Made by a program: the position numbers and the translations under genes. The notes beneath the pieces are model-generated. The model was given only the letters and a program-made list of their open reading frames with translations, was not told the DNA's origin and searched no databases. A DNA stretch of 64,000 nucleotides from Octopus bimaculoides (Eukaryota), in NCBI RefSeq assembly GCF_001194135.2, contig NC_068986.1, positions 109,648,523 through 109,712,522 on the forward strand, read 5' to 3'. How positions within the stretch are numbered: position 1 is the first letter of the stretch; the number at the start of each line of letters is the position of its first letter. Below, piece by piece: positions 1 through 10,561 of this stretch.

Positions 1-48
<48 letters not shown>
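1..48. repeat. (AG)n microsatellite
   Basis: Pure AG run at the window start. Confidence 0.95.
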
Positions 49-52
<4 letters not shown>

Positions 53-1391
53 TGGGCATATGTGTGTGTGTGTGTAAGAAAGAGAGAAAGAGAGAGATCA
101 CATTACATCGTGTTGATAGTTATCAGATCAGATATGATTTGTTTGTAAACATGTGATGAGTTATTAGTGTGTGTGTGTGTGTGTGTGTGCCTACACACAC
201 ACACATCACTGATACTTTATTTTGAAAAAAATGACAGTAATAGTAGCAAAATAATATTGCTGTGGGGAGCAGAGTTTCTGACATTTAAGGTTGAGATGTC
301 AGGAAGTAAAGAGGTAGACAGAAGAGTTCTCCATCCTCTCTCTTGCTATGTTTCAGTGATTAACCATCGTCTTTAAAGATGACCAAGACTTCACATCTTA
401 GACACCGCAAAAATGGAAGATCAGCTGTAAATGTAACCCCAAGACATAACCAGGGTGACACAATGTGTGACCCTGTGTGTGTGACAAAGATGCACCCTTG
501 AATTACAATCATATGATAGACATCTACACAGTTTCCAAATACTGAATCCCACTTATAGAGTATGGGTTTCTCTGAGACTTTAGAAAATGACATTAGCCCT
601 AGATGTCAGTCAGTGGAAGTGAAACCTTAGGATTGCCAAGCAATCCTTCTTAACCATTCATCAGAACCATCAGCATCAAACAGGATGCTTTGTGGTAGTT
701 GTTTCAAGTCTTTGCAATCAGATCACAGTTCAAATCCCATAGAGGTTACCTTGGTCTTTCACATTTTCAGGGGTCAATAAAGAAAGTACCAATCTGAAGC
801 GGTTGATTGGTGGAACTGTAATAATGTCAAACCAGATGCCCTTGTGGTGTTTGTTCTGGCACTTTCCATTCTAAATGCAAATCCACCCATGGCCTACTTG
901 CATGATAGCCCTTAACATATTGCTCAGTTTAACACCACCATCTGGCAGTTTGGGTATCTTTAGTGGAGTCCACTCTGTTGCAAGCATTTGACACCAGATT
1001 TCCATTCTGAGGATACCATCCTCCTCCCCACCATCACCACCACCATTCTCAGAGACTTTCACGGGTACCAGCGCCATGAAGAGAAGCACCCAGTACATTC
1101 TTTGAAGTGGTTGAAGTGCATCCAGTCATAGAAGCCATGGCAAAACTGACATAGGAGCTTGACACAGCCCTGCAGCTTGTTGGATCCTGTCAAACTGTCC
1201 AACCCATGCCAGCATGGAAAAGAGGCATTAAATGATAGTATGTTGATTTGTTTGTGTATGAAGGACAAGAAAATTTTAAAGTGCTTTCTCTTTTTATATA
1301 TATTTAGAGAGAGATGTGTGTGTGTGTTTCATTATGCATATGTAAATGTGCGTGTGTGTGTATATATACATATATATTTTGTTCCAAATTT

Positions 1392-1470
<79 letters not shown>

Positions 1471-1475
<5 letters not shown>

Positions 1476-1874
1476 AGAGAGAAAAAAGATAAAGAGACCA
1501 ATGGCAAAGTTAGAAATATATTTTATGGATAAAGTCTTACAGCTTTTTCAGGGAAAATCCAATGTATCCCTTCATCGGGGACGGTAATAGTAAAGGAATG
1601 GATTATTACATCTATAAAAGGAGAGTTGTAGTAAGAAGTGAGAGCGATGCGCTGAACAAAGAACAAAGAAGAAACAGTACTTGAAGTGTAGCTTCATTCC
1701 AGCAGTAAACATCTATGTAAAGAATCCTTGTAGGTATTTTCCGGAAATTATCTCCGGAAAATACCCACAAGGATTCTTTATATACATGGATGTTTACTGA
1801 AACAGCTGTAAGACTTTATCCATAAAATATATTTCTAACTTTGCCATTGTTCTCTTTATCCTTTTCTTTCTTTA
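1471..1874. repeat. Inverted repeat of a Penelope-like terminal repeat, with an internal 97-bp hairpin (1703-1799)
   Basis: caatggcaaagttagaaatatattttatggataaagtcttacagct at about 1499-1544 recurs in reverse complement at about 1804-1849. Inner arms cagtaaacatc...ttttccgga and tccggaaaa...gatgtttactg surround a 7-nt loop. Confidence 0.8.
1533..1580 (-). ncRNA. Degenerate minimal hammerhead ribozyme-like motif (CCGAUGA variant)
   Basis: Minus strand reads gtccCCGATGA-aggga...tccct-GAAA-aagctgtaagac; the same family occurs at 24844-24890. Confidence 0.45.
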
Positions 1875-2017
1875 TACATATACATGCTAATACACGACCT
1901 ATGTTATATTCCCCACCCATGTTTATACAACGACAGGGGCAAAACTAGCCGGTATACAGCACTTACTCGGTGTTACCCGTATCTTTGGGTTTGGTTGAAT
2001 CCAATACCCTTCATAAC

Positions 2018-2059
<42 letters not shown>

Positions 2060-3366
2060 TCATGCATACACATACATTCACACACCTGTGTTAAAATACA
2101 GAAATATTTCAGCCTTTTCTTCAACGAATTTATGTATTTTTGCTCAGTTGGTTTTGTGAATGGAATAAAAAGCCAAGCTAACAAGTCCAGGCAGTTTCCA
2201 GCAACAGGAACAGACACTCAGACGTTGCTATACAAATATAATATAGTGTAAACTTTGATAAGAGTAGAATTTCTTGAACAACCATTTTCATTAAAATAAC
2301 AGATGGATTGATGAAAAAAAAAAAACTATGCGAGGGAAATGATGAAAGCAAAGAAATTGGCAGGACTTGGAGGTGGGGGTGAGGTGTCTAGGCAAGTAAA
2401 AAAGGTGTGCCTTCCAGCGAAATCATGTCTGAACACAAATTTACACAAAATACGGGAAGTTGAATGAGACGAAATGTAAACCAGCTGTATGAATAAACAA
2501 GTGTGAATATTGTGGAGGAAGATATAATTCGGAAATGGCAGTATTTATAGGTAACAAGAGTTTGTAGTCACAGATGAGCTGGTCACTTGGCATAGGAGCG
2601 GAAGGAATATCGTAGGTGGCGGGGGTGGTGGTGAGTGGGAAGAGAGGAAGACAGGAAGAATGAGTCGTCCCACCGCCACTGCCGCCCATTTCAGATACAG
2701 GCACACTTTTATGGAGCGACTTTTACAACTTCCTTTAAGATGTTCCTCATATTTTAATGAAACTTCAAAGAAATCTTCTTCCTTGTTCACGTGTTATTTA
2801 CTTTATTTATTTCCAAGAATTGTTTAAAATTGAAGTTACAAACTTGTAGAAAAGAGAGAAAGAAAGAAATAGCATTTCAGAGGATTACGGTTGAGATAAT
2901 AAAAGACAAGAAGTGAGAGGGCGGGAAGGATGCAGGAGAAGTGGAACAGGATGTTAGCATCTCATCATGTTGATGATAAAATAGATTAAAAGATTACAAG
3001 TAGTCAACAGGTCTTATACTTGGCAGACATTTCACTTTGAAAATGGACCACCATCAGAGTAAAAAGAAAAGAAATCCCAATTTGTGAAGGTGTAGCATTG
3101 TTTTCTGTATCTTATATACAAACAGGGGACCTCTTTCCATACATGCAATTTTATGTATGTGCCCTTGTTCACAATATGGTTCTTAAGGCTTATAATATGT
3201 TTCTATTCTTGTACACAAAATGGCTTACCTATCATTGAAGGCAGCAAGCTCGCAGAATCCTTACTGTATCGGACAACATGCTTAACAGTGTTTCTTCCAG
3301 ATCTTTATATTCTGAGTTCAAATCCTGCTGAAATCAATTTTGTCTTTAATCTCACCAGGGGCCGTT

Positions 3367-3762
3367 GGCGCAGGAGTGGCTATGTGTAAGTAGCTTGCTT
3401 ACCAACCACATGGTTCCAGGTCCAGTCCCACTGCGTGGCATCTTGGGCAAGTGTCTTCTACTATAACCACGGGCCGACCAAAGCCTAATGAGTGGATTTG
3501 GTAGATGGAAACTGAAAGAAGCCCGTCGTATATATGTATATATATATGTGTGTGTGTGTGTGTTTGTGTTTGTCCCCCTAACATTGCTTGACAACCGATG
3601 CTGGTGTGTTTATGTCACCGTCACTTAGCGATTCGGCAAAAGAGACCGATAGAATAAGTACTTGGCTTACAAAGAATAAGTTCCGGGGTCGATTTGCTTG
3701 ACTAAGGGTGGTGCTCCAGCATGGCCAGTCAAATGACTGAAACAAGTAAAAGAATAAAAGAA
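3367..3762 (+). mobile_element. tRNA-derived SINE, family A (CORE-like), full length
   Basis: A/B-box-like head (tggctgtgtggtaag...ggttccaggtcc), gcatcttgggcaagtgtctt core, internal TA/TG microsatellite and a gactgaaacaagtaaaagaa tail; many copies in the window. Confidence 0.85.
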
Positions 3763-4173
3763 TCAAGTACTGGGGTCAATGTAAATGGCTAACCCTGCTC
3801 CCTCTAAAATTGCAGGCATTGTGCCCAAATTTGAAACCAATATTTCTTACCTCTACAACAGATTGGCAGAATTGTTACAGTGTTGGACAAAATGCCTTGT
3901 AGTATTTGTTCCAGCCACTTACATTCAGAGTTCAAATCATGTCTAAGTCACCGAAGCACAAGTATTGATTTTAATGTGCCATAGTTGTTGTTGTTTAGCT
4001 TCAAGAAAGCCCTAATTCAAGGAACCCATTCACAATATACAGTCACTAATCATTTTTATGAAGTTCAATCAAATATTCTCTGATCAGACTCGCTTTTTTT
4101 CTCCTGTCAATGATGGTTGGAATATATTTATGCAGACTTTTAGGGAGATTTGATGTGAAAAAGTTTAACAACA

Positions 4174-4564
4174 TGGCTGTGTGGTAAGACATTTGCTTCC
4201 CAACCACATGGTTCCAAGTTCAGTCTCACTGCATGGCACCTTGGGCATCTGTCTTCTTCTATACCCTCAGGTTGACCAAAGTCTTGTGAGTGGATTTGGT
4301 AGACCGAAACTGAAAAAATGCCTGTCATATGTGTGTGTGTGTGTGTGTGCGTGTGTATGTGTGTGCGTGTGCATGTGTGTGTTTATCCCCCCATCACCAC
4401 CACTGTTTGACAACTTAGAGGTTCAGCAAAAGGAGACCAATAGAATAATTACCAGGCTTTAAAAAAAATCAAGTACTGGGGTTGATTTGTTTGACTAAAA
4501 CGCTTCAAGGTGGTGCTCCAGCATGGCCATAGTCGAATGACTGAAACCAGTAAAAGATAAAAGA
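4174..4564 (+). mobile_element. SINE family A
   Basis: Same head, core and tail as 3367-3762, more diverged. Confidence 0.8.
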
Positions 4565-5705
4565 ACTGCTGCAGCTCTTAACTCACATAAGCTCAGTTAA
4601 TTCTTCTAGGTCTCGTCTATTAACTAACTTTCACTACTAAACATAACATTATTGAGCATACTTCTCATGTAACCCCTATGTAACCCCTATGCAGTTCCTG
4701 AATAAAGAAATCCCTTTTGATGTTGGAAAGAGCTTAAAGTTCTTTACATTTCCTCTAGATCTCGTAGATCCTACTTAGAAGTTAAATATATTTTGTGAAA
4801 AAACATTTGAAGGATTAAAGCACAGAGAATAAAGTTTAATGACATGATTGCGTATAAAATGGTTTAAATTTGAATTGACACAAAAATGACAACTAAAATA
4901 CAAACAAACACTAAATCACTGAGACTTTGGTTGTTGCATTCTGAAAGGGTTTAGGAAGAATTCTCAGCTTGACAAACAATAAATTCTACAAGATTAGGCA
5001 TGAGGGAATGTTTCAGGTAAGTGATATCCTGTCAACAAAGGATTAGGGTGATTAGATTACTGTTGAGAAACATGGCTGACTTGTTAGTAACAAGGATTAT
5101 AGCTTGGAACAAGTGATATTACTTCAGCAACACCACAAGCCAACGAAGGAGTGTCTATGTGGTTGTTTATATGTGCTAGAAATAGCAGTTAAATCACCCA
5201 CAAATAATATTGTGTCCAAGACATTAGATAATGCAGTCCTAGATAAACAATGGATTAAACAAGATGTGGTCACAGTATGAAGACCTGAGATTATAAGTTA
5301 GCTCATTTGTCAGGGTTGAGTGGGGGCCAAAAAATAACAACACTCAAACAAAGAACAGTTATCATACTCCAACAGTATTTATATCTCAAAACACACTTTG
5401 TTATCTGATAACATCAAAAGTAGGAGCTCTTGAATATGTTAGTGCACTTCATTTATGTCATTGCTAGATTGGTGTCACCTTGGCCAAGCTTACGCTCAGA
5501 CAGTGTCAACATAACGGAACTACAAGACATCCATAAGAAATCATTCTCCAAGAAAACTGATGGTGGGGTGGGGGTACTGGTAAAAAGTAAACAATGACGT
5601 TCGGGTTAAGTTCATATGCCATGGAGAGAAGAAAAACTGGATATTTCAGGAATGGTTTTTTCATTCAGGAAAAAAGGAATTATGAACCTCAAAAAATTTG
5701 ACCAA

Positions 5706-5889
5706 TAGGCGCAGGAGTGGCTGTGTGGTAAGTAGCTTGCTTACGAACCACATGGCTCTGGGTTCAGTCCCACTGCATGGCACCTTGGGAAAGTGTCTTC
5801 TACTATAGCCTCGGGCCGACCAAAGCCTTGTGAGTGGATTTGGTAGACGGAAACTGAAAGAAGCCCGTCGTATATATATATATATATAT
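5706..5889 (+). mobile_element. SINE family A, 5' half, runs into a gap
   Basis: taggcgcaggagtggctgtgtggtaag...gaaagaagcccgtcg(TA)n followed by Ns. Confidence 0.85.
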
Positions 5890-6861
5890 NNNNNNNNNNN
5901 NNNNNNNNNNNNNNNNNNNNNNNNNNNNNNNNNNNNNNNNNNNNNNNNNNNNNNNNNNNNNNNNNNNNNNNNNNNNNNNNNNNNNNNNNNNNNNNNNNNN
6001 NNNNNNNNNNNNNNNNNNNNNNNNNNNNNNNNNNNNNNNNNNNNNNNNNNNNNNNNNNNNNNNNNNNNNNNNNNNNNNNNNNNNNNNNNNNNNNNNNNNN
6101 NNNNNNNNNNNNNNNNNNNNNNNNNNNNNNNNNNNNNNNNNNNNNNNNNNNNNNNNNNNNNNNNNNNNNNNNNNNNNNNNNNNNNNNNNNNNNNNNNNNN
6201 NNNNNNNNNNNNNNNNNNNNNNNNNNNNNNNNNNNNNNNNNNNNNNNNNNNNNNNNNNNNNNNNNNNNNNNNNNNNNNNNNNNNNNNNNNNNNNNNNNNN
6301 NNNNNNNNNNNNNNNNNNNNNNNNNNNNNNNNNNNNNNNNNNNNNNNNNNNNNNNNNNNNNNNNNNNNNNNNNNNNNNNNNNNNNNNNNNNNNNNNNNNN
6401 NNNNNNNNNNNNNNNNNNNNNNNNNNNNNNNNNNNNNNNNNNNNNNNNNNNNNNNNNNNNNNNNNNNNNNNNNNNNNNNNNNNNNNNNNNNNNNNNNNNN
6501 NNNNNNNNNNNNNNNNNNNNNNNNNNNNNNNNNNNNNNNNNNNNNNNNNNNNNNNNNNNNNNNNNNNNNNNNNNNNNNNNNNNNNNNNNNNNNNNNNNNN
6601 NNNNNNNNNNNNNNNNNNNNNNNNNNNNNNNNNNNNNNNNNNNNNNNNNNNNNNNNNNNNNNNNNNNNNNNNNNNNNNNNNNNNNNNNNNNNNNNNNNNN
6701 NNNNNNNNNNNNNNNNNNNNNNNNNNNNNNNNNNNNNNNNNNNNNNNNNNNNNNNNNNNNNNNNNNNNNNNNNNNNNNNNNNNNNNNNNNNNNNNNNNNN
6801 NNNNNNNNNNNNNNNNNNNNNNNNNNNNNNNNNNNNNNNNNNNNNNNNNNNNNNNNNNNNN
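5890..6861. other. Assembly gap
   Basis: N run. Confidence 1.
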
Positions 6862-7457
6862 AAATGTTGAAGTGAATCTAACGGCTTTTGTGTTTTTAAA
6901 TGGCTTATAAACACCTTCCACGCTGCAATCTAATTTTGTTATCCTTTATATAAATTTTATTCACTTTTAAACCAATTAAATTTGGTTCACAGCCAATAGC
7001 TTAGTAAAAGAAAAATTTTCTATAGAAATGGAAACTCAGTAAAAGTTGAGTATAAATTACATTAATGTTTTTTTGTTTTTTTCTACATGCTGAAAAATAA
7101 CAACATAAAATGTGTGATATATGGTGTTGTAATCAAATTATATGTATGGTATGTAGAATTGCAGTATTCCATAGATTTCCAATGTTTTTAAATGAGATAA
7201 TGGAATATAATTCATCAGAATGGGAATTAAGAAAACACTTGTCTGTCATCATTAAATAAATGTTATTTAAAATCTAATGAAAGATGAATAAATACACAGA
7301 AACTTCCTCCGACATAAAAGAGATTCCCAAATGTTTGTTTGTAGCTCAATGGTAATGAAACCATCTTAAAATTCCGTTATATTTTTAATTAGATAATTAG
7401 AACCTGTCATGGGTCTCCAAGCCAACCTTGATCCATGACGCTTATCTTCAAAGACAT

Positions 7458-7673
7458 TTAACCCTTTAGCATTTAAACTAACCATATCTGGCCCAAATAT
7501 TTTGCCTGTTTTATGTCCAAACTGGCCAGATCCAGCCTCTCACACCTACCCTACAAAATGAAAAGTCACATCATTGAAATCCCAAAGCTACACAATAATA
7601 CACGATTATATCAAAGCAGTGTGAATAAATAAGCATTTCATTTGATAAAGTGATCTGAATGGTAAAGGGTTAA
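7458..7673. mobile_element. piggyBac-type MITE (family 2)
   Basis: TTAA-ccctttagcatt ... aatggtaaaggg-TTAA: TTAA target duplication and CCCT/AGGG ends; a partial copy lies at about 18792-18960. Confidence 0.75.
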
Positions 7674-8296
7674 CTCATAACCTCCCCCACCTATACACAC
7701 ACACCCTTCTTTTTTTATCAGTCACAATGTATCTACGACTAGAACCTCCAATATTTCCTTCCTTTTGTAAGAAAAAGTAGGATATGATGAAGCGGTTTGG
7801 CTGGTATTTTTTTTTTCTCAGGACAAGTGACTATGAAAGATTACTTACTGGTTTGTTACGAACTCGATGCAGCTGCCCAAGAGATCAGAGAGGGAGGAGA
7901 AAGGGAAGTAAAAAGTTAATGGGGGGAGAGTATGAGGAAACTCTAATCTCCTCCAGATAATGCTGAAGTGTTCAATTCAAAAAAGTAACCCCATCAAAAA
8001 ATGACCCGAACAATTTTACGGTTGTTGTAGTTGATAGGAAACAACACAAACAAGAGTAACACCTGACTGCTATGTTTCTAAGATGAGATATTGCAAGATT
8101 AAGAAAGATTAAAAAGGCTTTTAACCTCATTCACCTTCATTCAGTATTATCATTTAATATAGAGCTTTTCTTGTTAACATCTGCACCTTTCCTGGGGTTA
8201 AAAGACGGGCTGGCCATGTCATATACACCTTAGATCATGTGTCTGCTCAATAATTGAAACAAACAATAAATCGTCAGAGACAACAGAGGCAAGTTC

Positions 8297-8601
8297 ATTT
8301 CACCCTTTTTGGACGGACTTGTGACTGGTGACGAAAAATGGATCATCTATCGAAATGTTAAACGTCGTAAATAGTGGCTTGGTAAAAGGGAAAAAGCTCA
8401 ACCACAACCGAGAAGGGAACTTCATGGGAAAAAGGTTCTTCTCTCTATCAGGTGGGATTGCAAAGGAGTAATTCACTTTGAATTGTTACCACCTAATGCA
8501 ACAATAATCAATGCTCAAGTCTACTGTCAGCAATTAGAGCGTTTGAACCAAGCTTTGAAGAAAAAAAGCCAGCTTTAGTGAATCGAAAAGGAGTTATGTT
8601 T
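8297..8601 (+). mobile_element. Mariner (DD34D-type) transposase pseudogene fragment, catalytic domain
   Basis: Translates PFLDGLVTGDEKWIIYRNVKRRK*WLGKREKAQPQPRRELHGKKVLLSIRWDCKGVIHFELLPPNATIINAQVYCQQLERLNQALKKK / PALVNRKGVMF. It has the TGDEKW motif, one stop and one frameshift, and is cut by the gap just before the expected HDNA motif. Confidence 0.9.
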
Positions 8602-9446
8602 NNNNNNNNNNNNNNNNNNNNNNNNNNNNNNNNNNNNNNNNNNNNNNNNNNNNNNNNNNNNNNNNNNNNNNNNNNNNNNNNNNNNNNNNNNNNNNNNNNN
8701 NNNNNNNNNNNNNNNNNNNNNNNNNNNNNNNNNNNNNNNNNNNNNNNNNNNNNNNNNNNNNNNNNNNNNNNNNNNNNNNNNNNNNNNNNNNNNNNNNNNN
8801 NNNNNNNNNNNNNNNNNNNNNNNNNNNNNNNNNNNNNNNNNNNNNNNNNNNNNNNNNNNNNNNNNNNNNNNNNNNNNNNNNNNNNNNNNNNNNNNNNNNN
8901 NNNNNNNNNNNNNNNNNNNNNNNNNNNNNNNNNNNNNNNNNNNNNNNNNNNNNNNNNNNNNNNNNNNNNNNNNNNNNNNNNNNNNNNNNNNNNNNNNNNN
9001 NNNNNNNNNNNNNNNNNNNNNNNNNNNNNNNNNNNNNNNNNNNNNNNNNNNNNNNNNNNNNNNNNNNNNNNNNNNNNNNNNNNNNNNNNNNNNNNNNNNN
9101 NNNNNNNNNNNNNNNNNNNNNNNNNNNNNNNNNNNNNNNNNNNNNNNNNNNNNNNNNNNNNNNNNNNNNNNNNNNNNNNNNNNNNNNNNNNNNNNNNNNN
9201 NNNNNNNNNNNNNNNNNNNNNNNNNNNNNNNNNNNNNNNNNNNNNNNNNNNNNNNNNNNNNNNNNNNNNNNNNNNNNNNNNNNNNNNNNNNNNNNNNNNN
9301 NNNNNNNNNNNNNNNNNNNNNNNNNNNNNNNNNNNNNNNNNNNNNNNNNNNNNNNNNNNNNNNNNNNNNNNNNNNNNNNNNNNNNNNNNNNNNNNNNNNN
9401 NNNNNNNNNNNNNNNNNNNNNNNNNNNNNNNNNNNNNNNNNNNNNN
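8602..9446. other. Assembly gap
   Basis: N run. Confidence 1.
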
Positions 9447-9551
9447 AAGTATTCAGTTGTTTACATTTACTCCTTTGGCTGATTAAGCGATGTAAAGCGT
9501 ATTTAATCTCCATACCTTCGTTTTATTTGCTTTTTTCATTTTAAATTTGCT

Positions 9552-9579
9552 TTAACCCTAACCCTAGGGTTAGGGTTAA
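9552..9579. repeat. Perfect 28-bp palindrome of telomere-type units
   Basis: ttaaccctaaccctagggttagggttaa equals its own reverse complement. Confidence 0.95.
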
Positions 9580-9986
9580 TTGTTTCAGAATCGTTTGTTT
9601 ATGTAGTCGGCACTTAATGTATATCAGCTGAATGGACGTCAGTGATTGGTTGAAATTACAGAAATACGACAACTTTCACATGGAATAACTTATGGATTTC
9701 TTTTTTTTTTAAGAAGACTAAGAGAAAAGGATGTTTTATATGACACATTCTACCAGTGTTCCAAGTTTCAAAGTGTTTCGTTAATGAAAAATGTGGCCCC
9801 CGTTTTAAAAAAGATCCGACTCCTCTGTTTAGTTCCTGCTATTATCAGGTTATTCTTTCGTCTCTCTGACTTGTTTCCCATTTTCAACTGCAGCTGAGAT
9901 TTCCCATTTTCTGCTGCAGCTGAGATGTATTAGAAAGATTAGGCCTCTAACGAAATACATTTTTTCAAACATTTTTTACTATACTA

Positions 9987-10383
9987 TAGGTGCAGGAGTG
10001 GCTGTGTGGTAAGTAGCTTGCTTACCAGTCACATGGTTCCGGGTTCAGTCCCACTGCGTGGCACCTTGGGCAAGTGTCTTCTACTATAGCCTTGGGCTGA
10101 CCAAAGCCTTGTGAGTGGATTTGGTAGATGGAAACTGAAAGAAGCCCGTCGAGTATGTGTGTGTGTATATATATATGTGTGTCTGTGTTTGTCCCCTCAA
10201 CATCTCTTGACAACCGATGCTGGTGTGTTTACGTCCCCGTAACTTAGTGGTTCGGCAAAAGAAACCGATAGAATAAGTAGTAGGCTTACAAAGAATAAGT
10301 TCTGGGGTCGATTTGCTCGACTAAAGGCAGTGCTCCAGCATGGCCGCAGTCAAATGACTGAAACAAATAAAAGAATAAAAGAA
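9987..10383 (+). mobile_element. SINE family A, full length
   Basis: Head taggtgcaggagtggctgtgtgg through tail aaagaataaaagaa. Confidence 0.85.
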
Positions 10384-10561
10384 TATATATTTTACTAGTT
10401 TTTCTTTCTTTTCCTTTTTTCTTGAGGATGGGTGGTGGGGGGATATTATGCATTTTTCTAAACAACATCGTCTTTGGTTGGAGGCTTCCAAGTAGCCTAA
10501 TACTGATGCAATCCATTTCCAATGGTGAGAGTGACAAAAGTATGTCTATGCATCTTGGGTA

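Noticed and set aside
3352-3766. Recurring peptides such as RRASFSFRLPNPLTRLWSARGYSRRH and DGLLSVSIYQIHSQGFG in many ORFs
   Set aside because: They are antisense read-throughs of non-coding SINE family A copies, not a gene family.
4590-4710. Minus-strand exon-like segment with a strong GTGAGT donor
   Set aside because: Stops in all three frames; no support beyond splice-like motifs.
5661-9513. Long ORFs of 300-417 aa (also at 26623-27507, 40202-41018 and 53518-54441)
   Set aside because: They are open only because they read through N gaps.
9552-9579. Interstitial telomere fusion scar
   Set aside because: Wrong repeat polarity for a fusion, and only about two units per side.
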